64,000 bases of DNA from Candidatus Adlerbacteria bacterium (GTDB lineage: Bacteria > Patescibacteriota > Minisyncoccia > Phycocordibacterales > SBAW01): assembly GCA_003135635.1 (NCBI GenBank), contig PLCJ01000002.1, forward strand, positions 44,898 to 108,897. Reading direction: 5' to 3'. Of the stretch, positions 11,080 to 20,904 are shown piece by piece. The notes beneath the pieces are model-generated. The model was not told the DNA's origin. It saw only the letters and a program-made list of their open reading frames with translations, and did no database searches. How positions within the stretch are numbered: the first letter of the stretch is position 1; each line of letters begins with the position of its first letter. Both the position numbers and the translations under genes were made by a program.

Positions 11080-11151
11080 GCCCTCGTAGTTCAATGGATA
11101 GAACAGTCCCGTCCTAAGGGGTTGATGTGGGTTCGATTCCTGCCGAGGGCA
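11080..11151 (+). tRNA. tRNA-Arg(CCT)
   Basis: Cloverleaf; anticodon loop gt-CCT-aa. Confidence 0.9.
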
Positions 11152-11194
11152 CCCCTGATATATCCTTGTATGTCTTTCTGATATAGTATATGCC

Positions 11195-11521
11195 GTGGAT
11201 CCTGAGATAGAGGAATTAAAAGATATGGTGCACCGGAGTCTCGCTCTTGCCGAAGATACTAACCGAGTAGTTCACGGTATGCGATCAATCATGGCCTGGG
11301 GAAGATTCTTTAGACTCCTGTGGTGGGTAGTGGTTATCCTGGGAGCCATTGCGCTATATCATTACTATCTTCAGCCGTACATAAAAAATCTGGAACAACT
11401 CTATCAGCATACGCAATCGCAGACACTGCAAGTGCAAAACTTTGGCACGCAGTTGTCAGATTTTATAAAAAACCACTTTATCCCTCAGACGCCTACTTCA
11501 TCACAAGTGGGATCGCAATAA
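11195..11521 (+). CDS. Hypothetical single-TM protein
   Basis: 108-aa ORF; central TM LLWWVVVILGAIALYHYYLQPY. Confidence 0.7.
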   Translation: MDPEIEELKDMVHRSLALAEDTNRVVHGMRSIMAWGRFFRLLWWVVVILGAIALYHYYLQPYIKNLEQLYQHTQSQTLQVQNFGTQLSDFIKNHFIPQTPTSSQVGSQ

Positions 11522-11523
11522 TC

Positions 11524-11599
11524 GCTTGGGTAGCTCAGTTGGTAGAGCATCTCCCTGAAGAGGAGGGGGTCGCCGGTTCGAGCCCGGCCCCAAGCACCA
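11524..11599 (+). tRNA. tRNA-Phe(GAA)
   Basis: ctcc-ct-GAA-ga-ggag; encoded CCA. Confidence 0.95.
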
Positions 11600-11622
11600 A
11601 AAAAATCATTGGGCAGAGAATA

Positions 11623-12108
11623 TTAATTTGATTTTACCTTCAGTTTTGCCTGACGACCTTTATCAAGTTTCGGAAGTCGAATGACTAAGAGGCCATGTTT
11701 TTCGCTTGCCTCTGCTTCCTCTATTTCTACCTCTTGCGGTAGGGTGATACTGCGAGCAAATGAGCCCCAGTAGAGTTCCTGAAAGAAAAAATCACCCGCA
11801 GTGCCCTCAAGGTGTCTTTCCCGCTTGCCGCGAATCGTTACCATGTCGCGAGTGATAGAAATATCCAAATCTTCTGGTCGGACTCCCGCGATCATCGCTT
11901 TAATGATGATGTGGGTAGGGGTTTGATACACATCAAGCGCAAGCTCCCCCTCGGCTTCCGTCTCCGCTTCACTTGCCGCAATGGCGCGCTCCGATCGGGT
12001 GCGGGAAAGGCTCGAACCTCCACTTTCAAGGTCATCAAAAGAATAATCGCCTTCTGGACCACTACTGCCGGTTAACCAGTCAAAGAGTGTTTTCTTTTCT
12101 CGCGCCAT
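11623..12108 (-). CDS. Small heat shock protein Hsp20
   Basis: DVYQT..., ELYWGSFARSITLP, GLLVIRLPK alpha-crystallin motifs. Confidence 0.92.
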   Translation of the reverse strand: MAREKKTLFDWLTGSSGPEGDYSFDDLESGGSSLSRTRSERAIAASEAETEAEGELALDVYQTPTHIIIKAMIAGVRPEDLDISITRDMVTIRGKRERHLEGTAGDFFFQELYWGSFARSITLPQEVEIEEAEASEKHGLLVIRLPKLDKGRQAKLKVKSN

Positions 12109-12123
12109 GGTTATATCTCTTGT

Positions 12124-12813
12124 TTAACAATAATCTCGCTGTGGTATTTTTACTCGCTCAAGCAGTAGCAGCAAAGCGATGATGCCGATCCAGATGAAAA
12201 GGAAGACCAACAATATTCCTCCACCACTCTCACTGAGTATAAAAAAATTAAAAAGAGCATGCAATGCAATGGCAAGGATAACTCCACCCAGTGCCACACG
12301 TATGCGCACGGAAGCTGGCTGGTTGTATGCCAGCGCGATTGTGATGCCGATCGTTGCTGAGGCAAGCGTATGGAGGAGTGTTGCACCAATAAAGCGCATA
12401 TCGCCAGTCAAGAGTGTGTGGATGAAATCGCCCTGCACAATCGAGGGCACCAAAAAAAGTGCATTTTCCACCATTGAGAATCCAAGTGCTGCGGTAACGA
12501 GGTATATGACTGCGTCAATAGGTTCATTAAAGACACCCCACCGCAGTGCAACAAAGTACGCCGCACCAAACTTCAATATCTCTTCTGTAGCTGCCCAGGC
12601 GGCATATAGGAGGATACCGCTCAGAAATCGTTGCGCGTACTGCTCTATGGGGAGCGCCAGAACAACCATCGCCATACCGGCCAGAAAGCAGAAAAAGATA
12701 TATTGTTTGGGCTCCGGTTCACAGCGATCTTCAAGAAGCCAAAAAGAGAGCCAGAGTATAGCGGGTAAGACCGCTCCAAGAAATGCCAAAAAAAACACCA
12801 GCGAAAGAGCCAT
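12124..12813 (-). CDS. PrsW-family intramembrane metalloprotease
   Basis: EPEP, EEILK, LGFSMVEN, H..FN motifs. Confidence 0.88.
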   Translation of the reverse strand: MALSLVFFLAFLGAVLPAILWLSFWLLEDRCEPEPKQYIFFCFLAGMAMVVLALPIEQYAQRFLSGILLYAAWAATEEILKFGAAYFVALRWGVFNEPIDAVIYLVTAALGFSMVENALFLVPSIVQGDFIHTLLTGDMRFIGATLLHTLASATIGITIALAYNQPASVRIRVALGGVILAIALHALFNFFILSESGGGILLVFLFIWIGIIALLLLLERVKIPQRDYC

Positions 12814-12833
12814 GCATTAAGTATAGCGTTGTT

Positions 12834-15020
12834 TTAAAAATCGTTTGGCCATTTCTCAACCATGAGTAAACTCTTTGCGGTCGGCATGCTCGTCCAGATT
12901 TCTTCAGTTATAAAGGGCATGAAAGGATGGAGGAGTTTGAGAAAATCACTAAACACCGTCATGACGAGGCGTTTCCGAGAAGCAATATCCTCAGGAGTTC
13001 CAATTTTGAAAATCGTCTTACTTTCTTCAAGAATCGCACTGGCAAACACATCCCATATATAGTGGTATAGCTTTTCTGCCGCAAGATGCAAACGATAATT
13101 TTCCATGTCATCAGCGACATCTCCCGCAAGAGCAATAAATTGAGTAACATACTGCTGATCACTCTGCGTGAATACGGCAGCGCCACCATCTGGGGTGTGC
13201 TGAAGTACAAACCGTCCAACGTTCCAGAGCTTGTTGGCGAAATGTTTGTACGCTTTTATTTTCTCCTCCGCTAATTTTAAATCATTTCCTGGGCCGTTAC
13301 CGACAATAAGCGCCATACGCAGGGCATCGGTGCCGTATTTTTCTGTCATTTCCAGCGGATCCCCGGCATTGTTGAGCGATTTGGAAAGTTTTTTACCTTG
13401 CTCATTGCGCACGATTCCGTGAAGATAAACCGTTTTAAATGGTACTTCTCCCATATGAAAAACACTCATGAGTATCATACGCGCTACCCAGAAAAAGAGA
13501 ATGTCGTATCCTGTTTCAAGAAGGGTAGTCGGATGATAGGTTTTGAGGTCTTTCGTCTCCTCGGGCCACCCAAGCGTTGAGAAGGTCCACAATGCAGAGG
13601 AAAACCAAGTATCAAGCGTATCCTCGTCTTGTCTCCAGCCTTCCCCCGCGGGAGCAGTAACTCCAACCGATATTTCATCACCCCGATACCATACCGGGAT
13701 GCGGTGGCCGTAGAGAATCTGCCGACTGATGCACCAGGGCTTAAAATTTTCTATCCAATGGAAATAATGTTTCTCAAACTGAGGGGGCAATATTTTTATT
13801 TCTCCACTTTGCACGACGTGGAGCATCGCATCTTTCAGTGATGTTTCTTCTCCGCTTTTGATTCCTTTAATTTTTGAATGGGTGAGAGAAAATTTTTTGT
13901 TGACATCAATGAACCACTGAAGTTTTATTTGCGGTTCGATCAATTCTCCGCCGCGGCTGTTGATTGCAATGTTGTGCACATATGCTTCATCGGTTTTCAC
14001 TAGTAGTCCTTTCTTTTGCAATTTCTCTACGATCAGCGGCCGCGCTTTTTTAATGTGTACTCCGGCAAATTCTCCTGCAATAGGGAGTAATTTTCCGTTG
14101 AAATCGATAACTTGCTCGATGTCCAATCCGTGCCGCTTTGCAATATCAAAATCTATAGCACTATGGGCAGGCGTGATGGTCATAACGCCAGAGCCAAATG
14201 ACATGTCAATGATGGGATCTTTGATAACCGTTGCTACAAGGGGTCCGTTGATCCATTCCAAATTAATTTTTTGTCCCTGTGTGTACTCCTTGTACCGTTT
14301 ATCCTCTGGATGCATCACTACGTACTTGTCTCCGAATTTTGTCTCCGGTCGCGCGGTGCCGATGACAAAAGGACCGTATTGGAAATAGTAAAAAGGATCA
14401 TTTTGTTCTTTGTGCTCTATCTCATCATCTGAGATGGTCGTTTGTAATTTTGGATCCCAATTAACGATCCGCTCACCGCGAAAGATAAGCCCAGCATTAT
14501 ACATACGGGTGAAGGCCGTTCGTACGCCTATTTCGCGTTTTTCATCAAGCGTGAAGGCTTCACGACTCCAATCAAGCGAGCACCCCATGGCAATGATCTG
14601 TTCTTTGATTCGTCCTTTGTTCTTGAGCACGAATTCATGAACTATGTTCACAAATTCTTCCCGACTAAAATCATGACGGGTCTTTTTTTCTTTATATAAC
14701 TCCTTTTCAACCTTTGACTGAGTTGCAATGGCGGCGTGATCCGTTCCCGGGATCCAGAGCGTTCGAAACCCCTGCATACGTTTGTAACGGGTGACGATAT
14801 CTTCGATACAAAGCATCAAGGCCGAACCAATATGGAGTTCCCCAGTAGCATTCGGAGGTGGCAGGACCATGGAAAACACAGGCGCATCAGGGGCCGTCAC
14901 CCCTTCTTTGATGCAGACATCTGGATTAAAATAGCCGCTTTCCTCCCAGCGCTTATAGATATTCTTTTCAACTTCTTTTGAGTTGTATGGCTTGAGAAAT
15001 TTCTCAGGCATGAGGCCCAT
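12834..15020 (-). CDS. valS: Valine--tRNA ligase (no C-terminal coiled coil)
   Basis: PPPNATGELHIGS, GTDHAAIATQ, WCISRQ, DTWFSS, KLSKS. Confidence 0.96.
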   Translation of the reverse strand: MGLMPEKFLKPYNSKEVEKNIYKRWEESGYFNPDVCIKEGVTAPDAPVFSMVLPPPNATGELHIGSALMLCIEDIVTRYKRMQGFRTLWIPGTDHAAIATQSKVEKELYKEKKTRHDFSREEFVNIVHEFVLKNKGRIKEQIIAMGCSLDWSREAFTLDEKREIGVRTAFTRMYNAGLIFRGERIVNWDPKLQTTISDDEIEHKEQNDPFYYFQYGPFVIGTARPETKFGDKYVVMHPEDKRYKEYTQGQKINLEWINGPLVATVIKDPIIDMSFGSGVMTITPAHSAIDFDIAKRHGLDIEQVIDFNGKLLPIAGEFAGVHIKKARPLIVEKLQKKGLLVKTDEAYVHNIAINSRGGELIEPQIKLQWFIDVNKKFSLTHSKIKGIKSGEETSLKDAMLHVVQSGEIKILPPQFEKHYFHWIENFKPWCISRQILYGHRIPVWYRGDEISVGVTAPAGEGWRQDEDTLDTWFSSALWTFSTLGWPEETKDLKTYHPTTLLETGYDILFFWVARMILMSVFHMGEVPFKTVYLHGIVRNEQGKKLSKSLNNAGDPLEMTEKYGTDALRMALIVGNGPGNDLKLAEEKIKAYKHFANKLWNVGRFVLQHTPDGGAAVFTQSDQQYVTQFIALAGDVADDMENYRLHLAAEKLYHYIWDVFASAILEESKTIFKIGTPEDIASRKRLVMTVFSDFLKLLHPFMPFITEEIWTSMPTAKSLLMVEKWPNDF

Positions 15021-15026
15021 AATACG

Positions 15027-16109
15027 TTATTTTGCTGAGGTAATCGAGAGACTACCCATAGCGACAATCTCCGCCGGGGGCTTGCTAAGGAACCAATCGT
15101 CCGCAAGAAGATGCATGAGTGCAGCCTGTGCGATCATGAGAGCGTTATCTCCTGTAATTGAGAGCTCCGGGAGGCGCAGTTCAACATCCGGAAATTCATT
15201 GGAGATGAGCATCTCAAGGGCATGTCGAATGTGCGTGTTTGCTGCCACACCCCCGCCGATAACAAATGTCTTTGCAGCACTTTGGATAAGCGCCCGCCGT
15301 GTTTTTGCAACAAATACGTCTGCAGCAGCATCTTCAAACTCACGAGCCCATGCTGCGCGCTCGCTTTCACTCATGATTTCTATGCCGCCTCTATCTCTAA
15401 GCGTATAGAGCATCGCGGTTTTGAGTCCCGAGAAGGAAAGATCGCAATTTCCACTTTTAAGCATCGGTCGGGGAAGTCTTTTTTCTGCTTGAATATTTTT
15501 ATTGCGCGCATCCATCGCCAGGCGAGAAATATGAGGTCCACCGGGGTAGGGAAGTCCGAGCATCCTGGCCACTTTGTCAAATGCTTCTCCCACCGCGTCG
15601 TCTAGTGTCTCACCCAGCATTTCGTAGGAAAACCACTTCCGCATGAGTATAAATTCGCTGTGGCCCCCGGAGATAAGAAGTCCAAGCACGGGAAAGCGTA
15701 TGGCCACTAATTCATTAGTGCGCACCAAAGAAGAAATTAGGTGCCCTTCCATATGATTAACACCAAAGAGAGGCTTGTGCCAAGCGTGCGCTAAGCGTTG
15801 CGCAAACACAATACCGCTCCACAGTGCCGGCTCAAGCCCCGGGCCATGGGTCACCACGATAGCTTCGATAGTTTTCTCGTCAGTAAGCTCTGCGTCGGTG
15901 AGGGCTTTTTTGAGCAGAATCGGCAAGTTTTTTTCATGCTCGCGCTTGGCGAGTGTGGGATATACACCACCAAACTCAGCATGCAGTTGTGCTTGCGAGA
16001 GAAGAGCGTTGCTGAGTATCGCAAAACGCACGAGGTCTCTTTTTTGCGTGGCATCAACAATGGCAATGCCCGTCTCGTCGCACGATGTTTCAATAGCAAG
16101 TATGCGCAT
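15027..16109 (-). CDS. tsaD: tRNA N6-adenosine threonylcarbamoyltransferase TsaD
   Basis: MRILAIETSCDET start, NHMEGH, SGGHS, DDAVGEAFDK, GDNA. Confidence 0.95.
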   Translation of the reverse strand: MRILAIETSCDETGIAIVDATQKRDLVRFAILSNALLSQAQLHAEFGGVYPTLAKREHEKNLPILLKKALTDAELTDEKTIEAIVVTHGPGLEPALWSGIVFAQRLAHAWHKPLFGVNHMEGHLISSLVRTNELVAIRFPVLGLLISGGHSEFILMRKWFSYEMLGETLDDAVGEAFDKVARMLGLPYPGGPHISRLAMDARNKNIQAEKRLPRPMLKSGNCDLSFSGLKTAMLYTLRDRGGIEIMSESERAAWAREFEDAAADVFVAKTRRALIQSAAKTFVIGGGVAANTHIRHALEMLISNEFPDVELRLPELSITGDNALMIAQAALMHLLADDWFLSKPPAEIVAMGSLSITSAK

Positions 16110-16121
16110 ATTACGTAGCAA

Positions 16122-16197
16122 TGGTGCACGCTGAGGGACTTGAACCCCCGACCCTCCCCACGTCAAGGGGATGCTCTACCAACTGAGCTAAGCGTGC
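16122..16197 (-). tRNA. tRNA-Val(GAC)
   Basis: Reverse complement gives tcccc-tt-GAC-gt-gggga; encoded CCA. Confidence 0.95.
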
Positions 16198-16353
16198 CTA
16201 TGGCTCGTGTCACTCTACCGATTTTCTTTTTGAAATTCAAGATCGGCAACACATAGGGGAGTATACGATATAATACGCAGACATGTTCTCTGCCCCTACT
16301 CTTTTTGTTTGTTATGTTAAAAAGCGATACTTAGCAGGTTATTTTTTTATTGC

Positions 16354-17289
16354 ATGAACGCAGCTACACCTATCACCATTTTTGGCCTTGGAAAAATGGG
16401 CAGTCAGATTGCTAGGCGGCTCAGCAAAAAAAATTTTATTGTATATGCATGGAACCGTTCCCCCCAACCGATACAAAATATTAAAGCAGCAGGTTTGTTT
16501 GCAACTACTGATATACAAGAAGTAATTGGTAAGTCAAAACACTCCCCACGGGTGTTTTGGATTATGCTGCCACAAGGGGTGGTTGATTATTTTCTTTTTG
16601 GCAAGGAACATCTTGGTCCCTATCTTAGGGAGGGCGATATTGTTATTGATGGTGGCAACTCATTCTACAAAGACAGCATATCTCGCGCAGCACGCTTAGA
16701 AGCGAAAGGGGTACATTTTTTTGATTGTGGCACAAGCGGCGGCGTTTGGGGCGAAGAGAATGGCTTTGCATTGATGATTGGAGGTCACAAGGAAACGTGG
16801 TCAATTATCGAACCCTTCATGAAAGCGCTTTCAGCAGGAGATAACTATGCGTATCTTGGAAAAGCGGGTGCCGGTCATTTTACAAAAATGGTTCACAATG
16901 GCATTGAATACGGCATGATGGAAGCGATTGGTGAAGGATATGCGGTACTTGAAGCGAGCGATTTCGATCTCAACCTCAAAGATGTTACCGGGGTCTATCA
17001 GCAAGGCTCGGTTATACGCAGTTGGCTTATTGATCTGTGCCGAAATATCTTTGAGGAAGAGGATATTGCTGACACCGTGGGAAAGATTGATGCTACTGGG
17101 GAAGGGGAATGGACAGTCCTAGCGGGCAAAGAACTTGGGGTTGATGTACGAGTAATCGAGGATGCACTTGCTGTAAGAAAAGAGTCTTCAGATCCGAAAA
17201 ACCAGCGCAAATTCTCCAATAAGATTGTTGCCTTATTACGTAAACAGTTTGGTGGTCACGCTGTCCATGGGAAAGGTGAAGAAAAATAA
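16354..17289 (+). CDS. gnd: 6-phosphogluconate dehydrogenase (short YqeC-type)
   Basis: GLGKMG, IDGGNS, DCGTSGGVWG, KMVHNGIEYG, LRKQFGGH. Confidence 0.93.
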   Translation: MNAATPITIFGLGKMGSQIARRLSKKNFIVYAWNRSPQPIQNIKAAGLFATTDIQEVIGKSKHSPRVFWIMLPQGVVDYFLFGKEHLGPYLREGDIVIDGGNSFYKDSISRAARLEAKGVHFFDCGTSGGVWGEENGFALMIGGHKETWSIIEPFMKALSAGDNYAYLGKAGAGHFTKMVHNGIEYGMMEAIGEGYAVLEASDFDLNLKDVTGVYQQGSVIRSWLIDLCRNIFEEEDIADTVGKIDATGEGEWTVLAGKELGVDVRVIEDALAVRKESSDPKNQRKFSNKIVALLRKQFGGHAVHGKGEEK

Positions 17290-17294
17290 GAGTC

Positions 17295-17966
17295 ATGGAT
17301 TTTTTTAAAGCAGAAAATCCAGATGGATGTGCTAAGGTACTTGCAGAGAAAATAGATGGGTCTTTGAAACAAGGAGAAAAAGTTTTGTGGCTCCTCTCTG
17401 GAGGCTCAAATATTCCGATTTCTGTTGTGGCGATGAACATCCTTAGAACCAGAAATACCGATGGTGTACTTAGTAATCTTGCCGTCACTCTCACTGATGA
17501 ACGATATGGCCCGGTGGGACACAAGGATTCAAATTGGCAACAGCTTGTCGATGCAGGTTTTATTTTTACAAAAACCAAACTACTACCAGTACTTAAAAAT
17601 CTTTCGCTTGAGAAAACAGTGATGGACTATGACAATGGAATCACTGATCTTTTTCAGTGGGCGGACAAAAGTATTGGTCAATTCGGCATCGGTAACGACG
17701 GACATATCGCCGGGGTCCTTCCCCACACAAGTGGGGTTTTTGATCCGGGTGTCGCAGTCTCATATGAAGCACCTCCTTTCACACGCATTACCCTGACTCT
17801 GAAGACAATACAAAAAATCTCGGCAGTCTATGCGTTTGTGTTTGGTCAGTCAAAAAAAGCCACTCTCTCGCATTTGCAAGGAGAGAATCTCTCTCTCAAT
17901 GAAGAACCCTCGACGGTCTTGAAGCTTCTACCGGAGGCGTATCTGTATAGCGATCAGTTAATATAA
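17295..17966 (+). CDS. 6-phosphogluconolactonase-like protein
   Basis: LSGGS, DERYGP..H.DSN, GIGNDGHIA, RITLT. Confidence 0.8.
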   Translation: MDFFKAENPDGCAKVLAEKIDGSLKQGEKVLWLLSGGSNIPISVVAMNILRTRNTDGVLSNLAVTLTDERYGPVGHKDSNWQQLVDAGFIFTKTKLLPVLKNLSLEKTVMDYDNGITDLFQWADKSIGQFGIGNDGHIAGVLPHTSGVFDPGVAVSYEAPPFTRITLTLKTIQKISAVYAFVFGQSKKATLSHLQGENLSLNEEPSTVLKLLPEAYLYSDQLI

Positions 17967-18020
17967 AGAGCTACCCATTCTATCCAAAAACATCTTGCTC
18001 ATTTGAAACTTTTTGCTCTG

Positions 18021-18107
18021 CGGAGAGGGTGGGATTTGAACCCACGATCCAGTTTCCCAGATGCCGCATTTCGAGTGCGGTGCCTTCGACCACTCAGCCA
18101 CCTCTCC
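18021..18107 (-). tRNA. tRNA-Ser(CGA)
   Basis: ccgca-ct-CGA-aa-tgcgg; long variable arm. Confidence 0.95.
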
Positions 18108-18162
18108 AAAAACATTGGCAACAATAGCATTTTTTTTTGATCTAGAATATAGTTTTCTGTGC

Positions 18163-18234
18163 GGCCCCATCGTCTAACGGTTAGGACATCGGCTTTTCAA
18201 GCCGGTAATCCGGGTTCGATTCCCGGTGGGGTCA
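18163..18234 (+). tRNA. tRNA-Glu(TTC)
   Basis: tcggc-tt-TTC-aa-gccgg. Confidence 0.95.
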
Positions 18235-18246
18235 TAGATTTAAAAT

Positions 18247-18278
18247 AAGAAAATCCTGCCGACTAGCAGGATTTTCTT
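18247..18278. terminator. Bidirectional terminator hairpin
   Basis: aagaaaatcctgc-cgacta-gcaggattttctt between convergent units. Confidence 0.8.
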
Positions 18279-18300
18279 TGAATGTATAATTACTTGTTAA

Positions 18301-18894
18301 TTATTTAATATTGAGTCCTTGCACAATAGCCGCAATATCTGCGCGCGCCGCTTTAAGATATGTTTGCGCTGTTTGCAACTGCTTTAACGATTGCTGTCTT
18401 ACCCCAGCTGTTGAAGAAGTTGCCGTAGCATTTTTTGCTGCCGCCGACACTTGAGACGTCATATTAGAGAGCTGGCGGTTGAGATCATTAAGTTGTGCCT
18501 GTATCGTTGTAACTGAAGCACCCGCGGTTTTTGCGTTTACCATGCGTGATGTTAGCGTGGTGGAGAGCGGCACCATAAGGTTAGCAACGGCCTGGAAGCT
18601 ACTCGCAAGAGCGCTTATTTGTGATCCGGAAGGCGCACTTCCAGCAGCGGAAAGGCTCTTTGCGATATTTGTTATTTGCCCATCAATAGATGCAATGTTC
18701 GCGTCAATAAGGCTATTTGATGCTGCAGTGCTAGTATTGGCAGTAGTGCTATTTGTTGCTGCAACGCCATCGGTTACCGCTGCTGATTGCTGTGCCGGAA
18801 CACTTGCACCACCAAACACACCGCTCCACCACAACACACCGATAATAACTACTACCACCACAATTCCTAAAACCCATTTTACAGTCGCTGTCAT
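18301..18894 (-). CDS. Hypothetical membrane-anchored Ala/Ser/Thr-rich helical protein
   Basis: N-terminal TM, low-complexity linker, predicted helical C-terminus. Confidence 0.7.
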   Translation of the reverse strand: MTATVKWVLGIVVVVVIIGVLWWSGVFGGASVPAQQSAAVTDGVAATNSTTANTSTAASNSLIDANIASIDGQITNIAKSLSAAGSAPSGSQISALASSFQAVANLMVPLSTTLTSRMVNAKTAGASVTTIQAQLNDLNRQLSNMTSQVSAAAKNATATSSTAGVRQQSLKQLQTAQTYLKAARADIAAIVQGLNIK

Positions 18895-18918
18895 ATAAAA
18901 TATGCTATTAATAAGGGG

Positions 18919-20811
18919 ATGAATTCCACACAAAGCATACCACAATCTTTCATTCTCTGGAAGCGGGTTGTGGATTACACATTCTTTACTGTTTTTATTT
19001 TTTGTGTCCTACTCTTTTTTCTTCCCGCACTCGCAATTGCGCAAACATCGGGAAGCTATTGTCCAGAGTTGCTACTCACCTTTGGCAGTGGTGCTAAAGA
19101 CACGACCACAGGAGGCCAAGTGAGTAGCCTCCAGCAGTTCCTTCTGCACTATGGAGCTGGCACTTCGACTCAATTGGTGACCGGATATTTTGGCATTATT
19201 ACAGAAAGAAATCTCATACAATTTCAGGTACAGCAGCATCTTGTGCCCTCTGGAGTGCTGGATACATTTACTCGCGCGGCAATTGCCATTGTATGCGGCA
19301 CCACGGCGACAACGACGCCTGCGCAAATAGTGCCTTCCGCAACGCTGGATAACAATCCACTTACTTCTCTCCAGGCAAATGTTTTTCTCTCCGGGACTGC
19401 AACACACCTCAATGCTCCACTAAGTATCTTAATTACACACATTAATGCTGGGGGCGGTAGCAATAAGATGTATGAGAACGACGCCATCCCCGTGGTCCAA
19501 AATCGATGGGCTGTGACAGTCTCTCCTCCGCTTTCAGAGGGTGTATACACCGCCACCCTTTCTTCGGGAGACATTTTTCTTGCAAGCAGCACATTAACTA
19601 TAGGACTGAAGTCGCTTCCAACGGTGGAACTTGACACATCGCTTCCTCAATTTGATGTTGTGGACGGACGTCTTATGCGCTTTAAAATAATGGCAAAGCC
19701 AACCGGTGCGATTGGTATCAATCAATTTACGTTTACGATTGCAGCAAATTCGGCAGATGTCACCTCCGTAGCATTGTACGGGTACTCTGATCCGGGGTAT
19801 TCACAGCCGATCGCCAGCACGACCGCCGGCGTGTTGAGTACATCAGTTGTTGATCCAACCCCCTCCGCTCCCGCGGTTATCCTACCCATGTCCCTAGAAA
19901 TTCCTGCCGGCCAAATATACTATTTTGAGCTGGATGGCACCGTCACTCCCTCAGATACTACATATTCAGTCATAACAACCCTACTTGGAGATGCTGCTTC
20001 TACAACTGTAGGAACGGCGACACAGCTTGCTTCAAGTAGCAATTTCATCTGGTCACCCAATACCTACGCTACTTCTTCTGTGACAGATGCCGATTGGACA
20101 AATGGATCCATTGTTTCTGGGTTGCCACAAAGTGGGATTATACAATCGCGCACGAATTCATTTAGTCTCACGCCGACCTGCACACTATCGGCAAGTACAA
20201 GTACAATTGCTTCAAACCAGCCGGTCACACTCAATTGGACAAGCTCCAACGCGACCTATTCAGTGTGGGATGATGGCATGATAAGTGTTGCAGCAGGGGG
20301 CAGAACATTCAATAATATATTCTCGACCCGGACGTTCATACTAAATTTTTATGGCCCGAATGGAACCACAATCTGTTTTACAACAGTTGCTTTCAATCAA
20401 CCAATTTCTCTCGACAAATTCTCCGCTTCTCCTATTTCTGGTACTGTCCCACTTGCAGTGACATTTAATGGTTCTGTAAATAACGCGAAATCTTGTGTAA
20501 GTGCAACGTATACATTTTCTTATGGCGATGGACATACGAATCAAATCAGTGTGCCTGTAAATTCTTGTAAGTCACAATCATTTAAATTAGTGTATACCTA
20601 TCAAAATATTGGAACCTTTGGTGCAGCACTCTATAAGGGCATATTTTCTAGCACTAGCACACCGCAACTTCTACAAATACAATCGATAACGGTGCAATCA
20701 AAAATCACATTTAATATCGACCCGTCATCTGCGATAGCAAACGTTCTCTCTGCATTTGGCGGCCATTTCCTTGCTTGGACTCAATGGCTTTCCCGTATAT
20801 TCAGATGGTAA
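18919..20811 (+). CDS. Exported cell-surface protein with peptidoglycan-binding domain and Ig/PKD-like beta domains
   Basis: Signal peptide; V..LQ.FL...TGYFG..T....FQ PG-binding motif; SGTVPLAVTF and YGDG PKD-like motifs. Confidence 0.75.
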   Translation: MNSTQSIPQSFILWKRVVDYTFFTVFIFCVLLFFLPALAIAQTSGSYCPELLLTFGSGAKDTTTGGQVSSLQQFLLHYGAGTSTQLVTGYFGIITERNLIQFQVQQHLVPSGVLDTFTRAAIAIVCGTTATTTPAQIVPSATLDNNPLTSLQANVFLSGTATHLNAPLSILITHINAGGGSNKMYENDAIPVVQNRWAVTVSPPLSEGVYTATLSSGDIFLASSTLTIGLKSLPTVELDTSLPQFDVVDGRLMRFKIMAKPTGAIGINQFTFTIAANSADVTSVALYGYSDPGYSQPIASTTAGVLSTSVVDPTPSAPAVILPMSLEIPAGQIYYFELDGTVTPSDTTYSVITTLLGDAASTTVGTATQLASSSNFIWSPNTYATSSVTDADWTNGSIVSGLPQSGIIQSRTNSFSLTPTCTLSASTSTIASNQPVTLNWTSSNATYSVWDDGMISVAAGGRTFNNIFSTRTFILNFYGPNGTTICFTTVAFNQPISLDKFSASPISGTVPLAVTFNGSVNNAKSCVSATYTFSYGDGHTNQISVPVNSCKSQSFKLVYTYQNIGTFGAALYKGIFSSTSTPQLLQIQSITVQSKITFNIDPSSAIANVLSAFGGHFLAWTQWLSRIFRW

Positions 20812-20904
20812 GAGTCACAAGAATACATAAGATATAAAACTCTCTAATTTCCCGATACTCATTCATACATTAATGACGAGATTGGCGGAGGGGAACTAGT
20901 TTCC

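Noticed and set aside
11111-11117. G at position 32 of tRNA-Arg(CCT)
   Set aside because: Atypical, but a single-base deviation in an otherwise normal cloverleaf; not enough to claim altered decoding.
16110-16166. N-terminal extensions of tsaD (and of miaA, 49527-49658) in the ORF track
   Set aside because: They run through tRNA genes; the family N-terminal motifs begin at 16109 and 49526.
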